Of a stretch of 64,000 nucleotides of DNA, positions 1 to 10,703 are shown in pieces. The DNA lies in the NCBI GenBank assembly GCA_000004695.1, contig CM000152.2, positions 1,952,001-2,016,000 on the forward strand, read 5' to 3'. How positions within the stretch are numbered: position 1 is the stretch's first letter; each line of letters starts with the position of its first letter. The notes below the pieces were generated by a model. That model was not told the origin of the DNA. It searched no databases and saw only the letters and a program-made list of their open reading frames with translations. This DNA comes from Dictyostelium discoideum (Eukaryota). Made by a program: the position numbers and the translations under genes.

Positions 1-1
1 C

Positions 2-165
2 TTTAAAGAATATGTTAAAAAAATGACAGATAATGGAAAAATTAAATTAAAAAATTTCAAATATGAAAATTGTAATTGCCAAATTTGTTTAAATGAACCA
101 CCTATAATTATTAAAGATAAAGATCCTCCAAAAAGTGCATCAACTTGGATAGATTATATAAGAAT
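2..165 (+). CDS. Terminal part of exon 1 (partial, gene starts upstream of window) of acidic/poly-Asn protein gene. Frame 2 is open from the window edge and reads ...FKEYVKKMTDNGKIKLKNFKYENCNCQICLNEPPIIIKDKDPPKSASTWIDYIR
   Basis: Open frame from base 2. GTATGA donor at 166. Joins in phase to the downstream exon; otherwise the next ATG would sit only 50 nt after the stop. Confidence 0.5.
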
Positions 166-248
166 GTATGATTTTTTCAAAATCAATAAAACAATTTTTT
201 AATAAATAAATATATATTGCTACTAATATTTCCCTCTCTCTCTCCCAG

Positions 249-334
249 ATCAATGTTTTGTTTAAATAAACAACAAAAATTAAAGATTGATCAAAAAGAA
301 CAACAATGTAGAAATAAAATAAAAGTAAATGAAA

Positions 335-397
<63 letters not shown>

Positions 398-957
398 GTA
401 ATGGTAATATAGGTGGATATATTGAAAATGGTAAAGAATATTTTATCAATACAAGAGATTTATATGAATATATGGAAGCACATAAAGGATTATTAGAAAT
501 AACTCAATCATTTCAAACTTTTCAACCAAGGGATATTAGATTAGCTCTTTGTCAATGTTTAAGTTATAATTCAAATATATTTAAAAGTGGTAAAGATTAT
601 TTAGGTGTTGGATTTTGGACTTTACATGATGTAGATGATGATCCTTGGTACGATATTGATATACCAGATGATATACCCACTCAACGTTTAGTAAATGGTA
701 AATTAATGCCAATTTGTTTAGCTCAAACTCCAAAAGGTTATTGTCAAAAAGTTGGTACTTGTCCACATCATCAAAAATGGAATAAATCAATGGCTGAATC
801 TGATAGTGAATCTGAAGATAATCATGAAAATAAAATAATTTTAAAAGGTAAAAATATAAAGAAAAATAAAGAACATGAACATGAAATAGAGGAAACAGAA
901 GAACAAGATGAAGGAGAAGAAGCAGAAGAACAAGATGAAGGAGAAGAAGAGGGAGAA

Positions 958-988
<31 letters not shown>

Positions 989-1986
989 GGGAAGAAGAGG
1001 GAGAAGAAGAGGGAGAAGAAGGAGAAGAATTTTCACAACTAACAATTATAGAACAAGAAGATGAAGAAGAGTATGAAGAAGTAGGAGAAGAGGAAGAAGA
1101 GGTAGAAAATGATGAACAAGAAGAAAATGAAGGAGAGGGAAACAAAGAATATGTAGATAGTGATTATGGTGATGAAAATGTTCAAACATACAACCAAGAT
1201 GAAGAGTGCGAATACGAAAATGATAATGATGACGAACAGTATGAAAAAGAACATTATTATAACGATGATGGCGATGATGATGAAGAATATGAATATTTAG
1301 ATGATTATGATGATGATGATGATGATGATAAAAATGATGATGATAAAAATGATGATGATGATGATGATGATGAAGTAGTTGATTGTTATAGTAATAGAAA
1401 TTATGATAGGGAAGAAATAGGTTTTGATATGTATTCATTAGGTGGAAAATGTAAAAATTTAGAACCAACTAAAATAGAGAAAGAAATAATGCACTCTTTC
1501 TCATTTGCACCAATTTTAAAAAAAGTTTTGGAAGAATATACAAATGAAACTCAAAAAGAGATACCAACGGAATTACATTTATTACCAAGAGAATACACAA
1601 GATTTATGATTTTAAAATTCATAGATAACGATATGAAAGTTAAAGATATAACACTTGTTAGTTTACAATCACCAACTTTAATAACAAAATTTTGGTATCA
1701 TCATCTATCCTTCACTCAAATGTATAATCAATTTTGTAAATTACTAAAAACTAAAATTTATAGTTATCCCAATATCTATAATGATCCATTACCAATTCAA
1801 AGGAAAAGGTATCTTAGAACTTTGAAACTTTATAGACACTATTTCATCTCTAATAAATATAATAATAATGACTCTGTTTTTACATTCACTAAAAAATTAA
1901 AAAAAAACTCAATCCCAATTAATAATCTTGTTTCTCATCAAAATTTACCATCAATTATATGGCCATTAGATTTATTCACACCTTAA
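249..1986 (+). CDS. Exon 2 of the same gene. Acidic protein with a 20xAsn run, Glu/Gly-rich repeats (EEGEEEE) and an Asp-rich tract. Unknown function
   Basis: Intron 166..248 (83 nt, GTATGA...CTCTCTCCCAG) joins codon AT|A. ORF 217..1986 in the six-frame track. Poly-N tract at 343..402. Confidence 0.55.
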
Positions 1987-2713
1987 ATAAATAAATAAAT
2001 AAATAAAAAATATAAATTATTAATAAAAAAAAACAATTGTATTATTATCATTATTTATTAATCTGAAAAGTGGAGAAATAAAAATAAAAATAAAAATAAA
2101 AATAAAATTAAATAAAATTAAAAAAATAAATGTATTTTTACATTCTATTTTTAAACTTTACACACACCCCTTTAACTTTTTTTTTTTTTTTTTCTCACAT
2201 ATTATTTTTAAATGTTAACCTATTTTTGTTTCACCCTTTTTTTTTGTCATTTGTTTTATTATTCTTTTTTTTTTTTTAATTTCAAACTGTTGTGAATGCA
2301 ACATTATTTTATTTTTTTTAACACTATTAGCTCCAAAATGCCATAAATCATCACACTTCAACAATTATTTTCGTACATGTCATTTCCAAAAATGACTAAA
2401 GTGAGAAATTCAACCACTCTCATTACAATTATTATAATTTTTTTTTTTTTTTTTATAATAATAAGATTTAATTTCGATTTAAATTTAATTTCACAAGCAA
2501 TAAAAAAAAAAGAATAAAAATAAATTTTATAAACAAAAAAAATAAAAAAAAAAAAAGTATAAAAAAAAATTATTTCAAACATTAATTATTAAAAAGATAA
2601 AATAAAAAAAAAAAAGTTAAGACCAACAACTTTTTTTTCTTTATTTTTTTTTTTTATTTTAAAAATTAATTTTTCCTATCTTATTATTAAAAAAAAACTC
2701 TGTTTAATTAAAA

Positions 2714-3838
2714 ATGGCAAGAACGGATAATGTTCAATTACCTTTGGAAAATACAAGTATTGAATTTGAAGAAGAGATTATTGATTCCCAAAATGACATA
2801 TCACAACAAAAAAATTATCAAGATTTTTTAAAAAATATTCCAACTGATTTAAATGAAAGAAAAGAGTATATTTCATCTTTGAAGAAATTAATCAAACTTG
2901 AAAAAAGAAATCATCAACAAATTCAGGGTGAGCAACCAAATCAACAAGAAGGTCTCAATAGTGATCGTCCACCACCAAACCATCATGGTGACCATCACCA
3001 TTCTCTACCTCCTCCAAATCATCATGGTGACCATCATCACCATTCTCAACCCCCACCAAATCATCATGGTGATCATCATCACCATTCTCCACCTCCACCA
3101 CACCATCATGGTGGTCATCACCATTGTCCACCACCACATCATGGTGGCCATCACCATTGTCCACCCCCTCCACCACACCATCATGGAGGCCATCATCACC
3201 ATTGTCCACCCCCACCACACCATCATGGAGGTCATCATCACCATTGTCCACCACCTCCACCACCACACCATCATAGTCATCATCACCATTGTCCACCACC
3301 TCCACCACCACATCATCATGGAGGCCATCATCACCATACTCCACCACATCCTCCACCACATCACCATGGAGGCCATCACCACCATTGTCCACCATCGCCA
3401 CACCATCATGGAGGCCATCATCACCATAGTCCACCACCTCCACCACCACATCACCATGGGGGCCATCATCACCATTGTCCACCTCCACCACATGATGGCA
3501 ATGAATATCTACCACAATCTCAAACTAATATTGAACAATGTATCTGTCGTTTAAATAGAAAGAAAGAATTATTAATTGCAAAGATTCAATCTATTGATTC
3601 AATAATTTACAATTTGGAATGTTTAAACAAACAAAATTACCAAAACAATTATTTACCATCAATTCAACTACAACCAACCCAACAACCACAACAACCACAA
3701 CAAACATCAATTAAACCACAACAAATGTGTCAACAATTTTTTATTCCCCAAACTCCAAATTTCCCCCAAATGAACAATTCTGCACCACTAATGTATGTCT
3801 CTCAAATTCCAGTCCAACAATCATTCAACAATAATTAA
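2714..3838 (+). CDS. Histidine/proline-rich tandem-repeat protein, single exon. Unique N-terminal 75 aa, about 17 copies of PPP(P)HHHGGHHHH(C/S), then a Q/P-rich C-terminus. Putative metal-binding protein
   Basis: ATG in A-rich context. Uninterrupted 374-codon ORF. GC-rich 39-nt imperfect repeats. Spurious ORFs in the other frames and on the opposite strand are typical of repeat DNA. Confidence 0.75.
   Translation: MARTDNVQLPLENTSIEFEEEIIDSQNDISQQKNYQDFLKNIPTDLNERKEYISSLKKLIKLEKRNHQQIQGEQPNQQEGLNSDRPPPNHHGDHHHSLPPPNHHGDHHHHSQPPPNHHGDHHHHSPPPPHHHGGHHHCPPPHHGGHHHCPPPPPHHHGGHHHHCPPPPHHHGGHHHHCPPPPPPHHHSHHHHCPPPPPPHHHGGHHHHTPPHPPPHHHGGHHHHCPPSPHHHGGHHHHSPPPPPPHHHGGHHHHCPPPPHDGNEYLPQSQTNIEQCICRLNRKKELLIAKIQSIDSIIYNLECLNKQNYQNNYLPSIQLQPTQQPQQPQQTSIKPQQMCQQFFIPQTPNFPQMNNSAPLMYVSQIPVQQSFNNN
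2965..3492 (+). repeat. Imperfect tandem array of about 39-nt units (ccaccaccacaccatcatggaggccatcatcaccattgtcca), roughly 14-17 copies, coding
   Basis: Direct visual periodicity. Each unit encodes PPPHHHGGHHHHC. Confidence 0.85.
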
Positions 3839-3943
3839 ATGTACACAATAATCTTAAATAAAATTATTATTTTTATTCTTTACATTTAAATAAAAAAAAG
3901 TGATTTGTGTAAATTCTTTTTTTTTTAAAAAAAATAATTTAAT

Positions 3944-4294
3944 TCAATCACAGACTGTGTAAATTGTTTGACATTGTTTTAAAACATTAACTGTCTCTTC
4001 TCCACATTTTTTCATTGAACATGAATTTTCACCAAAGTAAGGGTAATCATAAAATTCATTTGAAAAACTACATTTATTTGAAATGATACAAATATCTCTA
4101 ACTCTTTCAGCATATTTACATTCATTAGTGTTTTTCTTTTTTGGATGACAAGTATTTGTTACACCATTACAAATTCCATAATCACCACATCCATCTTCTG
4201 TACAATTTGTTGTGTTTGGAATTTCAATTTCAATACATTTTTTAAACTCTTGATAACTTTCATCTTCATTAAAAAATTCATTAAATGTTTGACA
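3944..4294 (-). CDS. Exon 2 of secreted cysteine-rich protein (116 aa, CQTFNEFFNED...QTIYTVCD*)
   Basis: AAAATAG acceptor. Phase 0 continuity. The Cys-rich composition continues. TGA stop at 3944-3946. Confidence 0.65.
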   Translation of the reverse strand, partial: CQTFNEFFNEDESYQEFKKCIEIEIPNTTNCTEDGCGDYGICNGVTNTCHPKKKNTNECKYAERVRDICIISNKCSFSNEFYDYPYFGENSCSMKKCGEETVNVLKQCQTIYTVCD

Positions 4295-4344
4295 CTATTT
4301 TAATGTTATTATAAATGAGTATTTAAATTAATATTTTTAATTTT

Positions 4345-4397
<53 letters not shown>

Positions 4398-4399
4398 AC

Positions 4400-5080
4400 A
4401 CCTAATCCTAAATCACATTCATTATTAGTACTACAAGAATCATTTATTTTTTTTGAATATCTTGAAAGACAAATTCCATCTTTTGAACAAACACCACCAA
4501 TAAAGCAATCGGAATCATATGAACAATTTCCTCCTAATGATGATAATTGTGTACATGATGAACTACAATTAGTAATATCGTCTTCACAATTGTTAAGATT
4601 ACATGCTTGTGTTCCTGGACATGTGAAATAACCTAAACAATTAATTTTATCATATTGTAAAGTTTCATTAAACCAAAATGTGCATTTTGAATTTATACAC
4701 TTAAGATTAAATTGACCCATTCCAAAACAATCAAAATCCGAATCACAATCTTCACCAAGTCCAGCATAATTTGCAGCCTTACAAGTATATGGAGAACCTA
4801 CTTCAAAATCCAATGGAAGACATTCAAGACCAATTTCACATGGACCCAAGTATTTCTCTTTACACTTTTCCCCAAGTTTTAATTTTGGTTTACAAACATA
4901 CTCTGATTGTTCATTATCATCATCAATTGGTAAACATGCTAAACCATAACCACATGAAATATCAATGCCATAAGATTGTACACATGGATGGCCTAATGAA
5001 AAACATTTGCTCTCATTAAAGCAATGTGAAGAATTTATTAATGAAACTATTACAAATATTAATGATAATATTAATTTCAT
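4400..5080 (-). CDS. Exon 1 of secreted cysteine-rich protein. Signal peptide MKLILSLIFVIVSLINSSHC, then repeated 6-Cys modules (CxxGLxCLP, CDSDxDC)
   Basis: ORF 4343..5080 minus. GTAAGT donor immediately after ...CDLGLG. The poly-K tail of the raw ORF is intron read-through. Confidence 0.7.
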
Positions 5081-5410
5081 ATTTTTTTTAATTTTTTTTT
5101 ACTTTTATAATTATTAAATCTTATAAATATTTAATTTTAAATTGAAATAAAAAATAAATAAAAAAAATCCATATTTATATCTTTTTTTTCTAAATAATTT
5201 TAATTTTATTTAATTAAAATTTAATTTAATACATCTTTATTTTTAAAGAAAACAAGCAAAAAAATTTTTTTTTTTTTTTTTATTCATTTTTGTGTTTCCC
5301 ACATGGATAAGAATATTCCCAAAAATTAAAAAAAAAAAAAAAAATTCTTCTTAACAAGATTAAACCCAAATAAATGAGAATATATACCAAATAACAATTT
5401 CTTTTTTAAT

Positions 5411-5555
5411 CATTTTTTGAAAAAATTTTTTGTTCTCTTAAAAAACTTTTTATCTTTTTTTTTTTTTTTTTTTTCCTTTCTGTTTTTTTTTTTTCTCTTA
5501 AAAAAACTTTTTATCATTTTTCTTTTTTTTTCCTTTCTGTTTTTTTTTTTATGAA
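5411..5555. repeat. Local tandem duplication of about 60 bp (ctcttaaaaaa(a)ctttttatc...tcctttctgttttttttttt), 2 copies
   Basis: Direct repeat seen in sequence. Confidence 0.7.
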
Positions 5556-5559
5556 ATGA

Positions 5560-6694
5560 TCGAAATATATAAAATTAAGTTATAACTATGAAAATATTCC
5601 AGATATACAAATTACTAATGGTGAAAATGATGTTATTTTTAAATATGTTTTTAAAAATGGTAGGGACAAGAATAAACAACCTTCAAATTTATCTTTAGTT
5701 TGTTGGAATTGGTTTCAATTAAATTCAAAGCTATTCTATAAAATAGGAAAAATAAAAATTAAACAGAAAACATTTAATAATATTTTATTTTATCACGAAT
5801 ATCTTCCATATAATAGAAACATTAGAAACAAGACCACCTTTTACTCTCCAATCAAATCTCAATTTCAAGGAAAAAAAGAAGAAATTGATTCAACCAAATT
5901 TTCAAAATATAAATTATTAAATTTTAATTATGTTCAAAGTGTAAATTCATATCTACTTCCATTAGAATCAATATTTAAAACTTTTAAAAATATTAAACAA
6001 ATAAAATTATCACTATTCTTACTTCCAATTGAAATTGTATTAGATAGTATAAAAACAATTTTAAAATATCAAACAAAAAATGAACTTTCATTTTATTTAG
6101 AATATGAAACTAAAAAACTACCAGATTCAGTGGATTCATTAATTATGGAGGAATCCACTAGTAAAGAATTTTATTATTGTGATTATTTACTATTTAAAGC
6201 ACCAAACATTTATAAACAAAAAATGTTTAGACAATTGAAATTTATCGAGTTAATGAATCCAATAAAATTACATCTAAAATCATCACATCATTCTTTTACA
6301 AAAGAATTTTTCAATGGTTGCAATACATTGAAAAGCTTTATTTTTGGTGGTGATTTTTTGGAATTACAATCTTTAAATATGGCAATTGAATCATCAAGTT
6401 TAATAGAAACCATTAAAGCAAAGTTCTTATTTCATGATTTACATTATCATTTAGAAGATCCAACGTTTGTTAATGGAACTCAATTAGAACCACTATATCG
6501 ATTCATTTCCATGTAGTTACTATAAACCTGAAGTACCTTATGATTATTCATTTACAAACTATTTCAATCATTTTAAACGACTTTGTGAAAATCTTAAAAA
6601 TACTAAAACTTTAAAACATTTGAATTTAAATAATTATTGTTATAAACCAATTTCAAGATGTAAAATTAGATCCAAACCAAATAATAATAATAGA

Positions 6695-6763
<69 letters not shown>

Positions 6764-7219
6764 TTATGTAATTCAAATTTATATTCAAGTTTTTTTAATT
6801 CACTTGAATTAAATAGTTCATTAACAAAGTTAGTAATTTCAAATTGGAGTTTTGAAAATGAAACACCAGGATTAATAGATTCACTTTGTAATAATAAATC
6901 AATTATAAACCTATCACTAACTAATGGTGCATTAAGAGGTGATATAGATTTACCATTAGTTTCTAAATTATTAATATCATCAAGTACAAATAGAATTTTT
7001 ATATTAAATATATCATTTAATTATTTCACTGATATTGATAATTTAATTAAAATTATTAATGATTCAGAACCAAATTTAAATAGATTATTAATTTTAAAAA
7101 TTAATGGTTTTTGTCAATATTCAATGCTTGATAATTTAACAATAGTACGACCACAGGTTAAAACAAAAAATGATATCAATAAAACTTGTCAATTTGAATT
7201 AAAAATTGTCAAAAATTAA
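5560..7219 (+). pseudogene. LRR-like, Asn-rich ORF family member. It has no ATG for the first 190 codons and a +1 frameshift in the 6488..6516 overlap; probable pseudogene or mis-assembled gene. Frame 1 is open 5560..6516; frame 2 is open 6488..7219 and contains a 24xAsn tract
   Basis: The two long open frames overlap by 29 nt. The intron alternative was rejected (see noticed_but_rejected). Leu-rich xLxxLxL periodicity (LKINGFC, LSLTNGAL). Confidence 0.45.
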
Positions 7220-7524
7220 TTCAAATATTAAAAATAGAAATGTTAAAATAAGAAATTATGAACCCTTTGATTATATAGGTATTAAAAGATTTAAAATAAA
7301 AGAGTATTTTTAAAAAAAAAAAAAAAAAAAATTATAAATTATAATTTCTTTTATTTATTTATTTTATTTATTTATTTATTTTATTTATATACATATTTAT
7401 TTAATTTTAAGTATTTAAATTTTTTTTTTTTTTTTTTTTTTTCTTTGTTCTTTGTTCTTTTATCACACCAATAGTTCAATTATTTGTTGGAAGTTGTGAG
7501 TATATTACAAATATAATCACACAT

Positions 7525-7551
<27 letters not shown>

Positions 7552-7557
<6 letters not shown>

Positions 7558-7689
7558 AGTCATTTGAGATGGTAATGGAAGACCCAATTTTGTTGGCTCG
7601 AGTGATTTTGGATGAGCATGTTTTTTAATCCATGGATGGTTAATAACATCTTTTAATGTAATTCTTTGATGTGGATCTGATACAAGTAA
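7552..7689 (-). CDS. aurK: Aurora kinase exon 5 LLVSDPHQRITLKDVINHPWIKKHAHPKSLEPTKLGLPLPSQMTY*
   Basis: TTTTTAG acceptor. Conserved HPWI motif. Total protein 384 aa. Confidence 0.8.
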
Positions 7690-7780
7690 CTAAAAATTAT
7701 TTTGAAAGAAAAAAAAGAAAATTATATTAGTATCCTTTAAAATGAATAATTAATAATAAAAATTAAATTAAATTAAATAC

Positions 7781-8065
7781 TCTTGAAATTAAATCTTTTG
7801 CTTCAGGTGATATTGAAGATGGATAATAAACATCATTCTCTTGTATATTGTGGAAAATATTTTTCTCTTCATCAGAGGTGAAAGGTGAACGACCAACTAA
7901 AAACTCAAATATGAGAATACCTAAACTCCAAACATCAGCTGTTTGATCATAACCTTTCTTTTCAATAACTTCTGGTGGTAAATATTCTAATGTACCACAA
8001 AATGTACTTCTCTTTGTATTTGGTGCATGAACTGACCATCCAAAATCTGCAATTTTAATTTCACC
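7781..8065 (-). CDS. aurK: Aurora kinase exon 4 GEIKIADFGWSVH...SISPEAKDLISR (DFG, APE-like PPE, activation loop)
   Basis: Homology. Donor is the non-canonical GTATTT. Confidence 0.8.
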
Positions 8066-8173
8066 CTTTTAATAAATAAATAAATAAATAAAAAAAAATA
8101 AAAAAAATAAAAAATAAAAAGGTTAATAACTAAAATGTATATAAAAAAAAAAAAAAAAAAAGGAAAAACTTAC

Positions 8174-8269
8174 ACCAACACCAATTAAAAGATTTTCTGG
8201 TTTAATATCTCTATGAATAACATGTTTTGAATGACAATATCTCAAAGCATCTGCAATTTGTAATGTATA
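8174..8269 (-). CDS. aurK: Aurora kinase exon 3 [32 protein letters not shown] (catalytic loop HRDIKPEN)
   Basis: GTAAGT donor. Homology. Confidence 0.85.
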
Positions 8270-8302
<33 letters not shown>

Positions 8303-8394
8303 ATTAATATAAAATATTATGAATATTGTGGTAGTAGGTTATTTTTAAAATAGAAAATAGAAAATAAAAACAAAAAAAAAATATTAATACTTAC

Positions 8395-8533
8395 AGTAGC
8401 AGCAGTTTGTTCATTAAAAGATCCGACTTTTTGTAACTCTTTAAAACATTCACCACCTTTGGCAAATTCAATAATTAAGAAAACTCTTTTATCATCATAA
8501 AAATATCCAAATAATCTTAAAATATTTGGATGT
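8395..8533 (-). CDS. aurK: Aurora kinase exon 2 (R)[46 protein letters not shown]
   Basis: Acceptor AAAAAAG. Phase-2 join completes the Arg codon. GTAAGT donor. Confidence 0.85.
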
Positions 8534-8667
8534 CTTTTTTTAGTAAAAAAAAAAAATTATTATTATTATTATTTTTATTATTAAAAAATTAAATTAGTAA
8601 ATTTGTTTTTATTTTTATTTTATTTTTATTTTTATTTTGAAAATATTTTCACTAAAATTTATATTAC

Positions 8668-9164
8668 CTTAAATGAGATTGAATTTCAATTTCCCTTCTT
8701 AATTGATGCTCTATATTATGTGTTTGTAATTGATTTTTAAATAAAACTTTGAGTGCAACAATGAATTGACTCTTTTTCTCCCTTGCTAAATAAACGTGAC
8801 CAAATCTACCCATTCCTAATAATTTACCAATATCAAAATCATCAATACACCATTTTTTCTTTGGTACTGATTGAGATGATGAAGATGAAGATGAAGATGA
8901 GGATGAAGATGAAGATGAAGATGAAGATGAAGATGAAGATGAAGATGATGCTGTTGTTGTTGGTGGTATTGTTGAAGTATTAGTTGATGTAGTGGCCCCA
9001 GTTGTTGTTGGTTTTGTAATTGTTGATTTAACAGTCGATGTTGTTTGATGATTATTTATATTTGTATTTTGTTGTTGAAGTACTCTTTGTGGTTGTTTAC
9101 TTGGTACTGAGAATGAACCACCACCAATATTGTTACTATTTTCTTTATTATTTGGATAACTCAT
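8668..9164 (-). CDS. aurK: Aurora kinase exon 1. N-terminal Asn/Thr-rich region, a 28-Ser homopolymer, and the kinase N-lobe [61 protein letters not shown](R)
   Basis: Near-identity to the Aurora GxGxFG and [27 protein letters not shown] motifs. GTAATA donor at 8667. Confidence 0.9.
8878..8945. repeat. (GAAGAT)n imperfect hexanucleotide repeat. On the coding (minus) strand it is (TCTTCA)n and encodes the poly-Ser tract of Aurora
   Basis: Seen in sequence. Confidence 0.9.
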
Positions 9165-9179
9165 TTCTTTAATTTAAAT

Positions 9180-9215
<36 letters not shown>

Positions 9216-9528
9216 AACCAAAAAAAAAAATAAAAAGTTTTAATTTTAATTTATTTTATTTATTTGTTATTATTGGATTATATTTTATTATTATATTGAA
9301 ATATTAAAAACAATAAAGAAAAAAAAAAAAAGAAAATTTGTTTTTTTTTTTTCACAAAAATTAAAAAAAAAAAAAAAAGTGGAAAAAAAGGAGCTTAACG
9401 ACAAATTAAGGCGCAAATTTTAAATTTTTCAAATTTTTAATTTAAAAACAAAAAAAAAAAAAAAATGGAAATAAAAAAATAAAAATAAAAATCTATTTTT
9501 AGAATTAAAAAAAAAATAAAGTTTTTTA

Positions 9529-9826
9529 TTAATCGGTTTTAAATTCACTCATAGTTTCTAAGAATTGTTTTCTTGAAGCTTCCAACATTGATTTTTTTCT
9601 TTGTTGTAAACTCGTATATCTTTCTTGTGATGTCGATTTAAATGAATCTGAAAACTTTTCCAATGGTTTAATTGGTAAAATTGAAGATTTATCTTCATTT
9701 TGATTATTATTATTATTATTATTATTATTATCATTATTATTATCACCATTATCATTATTATTATTATTAATATTATTATTGCTATCTACAGGTTCATCCA
9801 ATTTAGAATGATTACTTTTATCTTTA

Positions 9827-9892
<66 letters not shown>

Positions 9893-10570
9893 TTACTTCC
9901 ACTACTGCCACTTCCATCCATACTTTGATCTTTTTTGTTTGGATCTTTAAAGTGGGTTTGTTTTGAAGGAGACATAGCTTCGCCACTGTCAGTACCATTA
10001 GTACTATTACTGTAATCACTGCTATTATCATTGTTATCATTATTATTATTATTATTATTATTAACAACATTGTTGTTATTATTATTATTATTGTTATTAT
10101 TGCTATTATCTTGAGCTAAAGTTGAAGGTTCGACCAATCTACCCTCTAAAATGTTATCTATAGTTCTATTTACATTATTTGTTTGCAATAAATCATTTTG
10201 GATGGTTTGAGTTGAAATATTTTCAAATAAACCATGAATATAGTTTGCATTGTACACCAAATTATTATATTGTGATGCTGTTAATGATTGCCTTGATAAG
10301 GTTCTTGGTATACCATTTGAATATTCTGGTCCTGTTGGTGATGAGGAAGATGAAGATGGTGATGTAATTGATAATGGATCTATTGCTGTCGATGCTGATG
10401 TTGATCCTGTACCACCATTTATAGTTGTTGTTGTTGTTACCCCTGATGCTCCTGCTATTGTTGCTGTTGCTGTACCATTATTACCTAAATGATGTTGATG
10501 TTCATCAATTAATGATCTTCTACAAGTTGGACATGAGTGATGTTGTTCTAACCATGCTCTTAAACAAGAA
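9529..10570 (-). CDS. hrd1: Hrd1 exon 6. Rest of the RING-H2 (HSCLRAWLEQHHSCPTCRRSLI), then a long Asn/Ser-rich low-complexity tail
   Basis: TTTTTTAAAG acceptor restores CGHIFH-H-SCLRAW. ORF 9529..10260 is its in-frame 3' part. Confidence 0.8.
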
Positions 10571-10703
10571 CTTTAAAAAATTAATAATAATAATAATAAT
10601 AAATAAAAAAATAAAAGAGAGAGTTAATTTCAAATAACATATATTTTTTCTTTTCTTTTTTTTCTTTCAAAAAAAAAAAAAAAAAAAAAAACACTATACA
10701 TAC

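Noticed and set aside
581-1468. Minus-strand ORFs (154, 107, 71, 140 aa) rich in L/S/F/H opposite the acidic repeat gene
   Set aside because: These are antisense frames of GAA/GAT-type repeats. They have no start context and mirror the sense-strand low-complexity sequence.
2898-3554. Alternative-frame and antisense ORFs across the His/Pro repeat (218, 186, 162 aa)
   Set aside because: These are frame artefacts of a tandem repeat. Only the frame starting at ATG 2714 has unique flanking domains.
4771-5019. 82-aa plus-strand ORF
   Set aside because: It is antisense to exon 1 of the Cys-rich secreted gene.
6513-6657. Possible GTAGTT...CAAG intron that would repair the LRR-like ORF
   Set aside because: The interval is open in frame 2 throughout and is not AT-enriched like genuine introns here, and the donor is poor. 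A frameshift is the simpler reading.
9391-9430. Short GC-richer islands (also 28610..28700, 28900..29110) screened as possible tRNA or small RNA genes
   Set aside because: No cloverleaf-compatible segment, no GTTCGAATC/GGTTCGA T-loop box. Most lie inside the diverged duplicated flanks of the phosphoesterase genes.
10250-10492. 80-aa plus-strand ORF
   Set aside because: It is antisense to the RING-containing last exon of hrd1.
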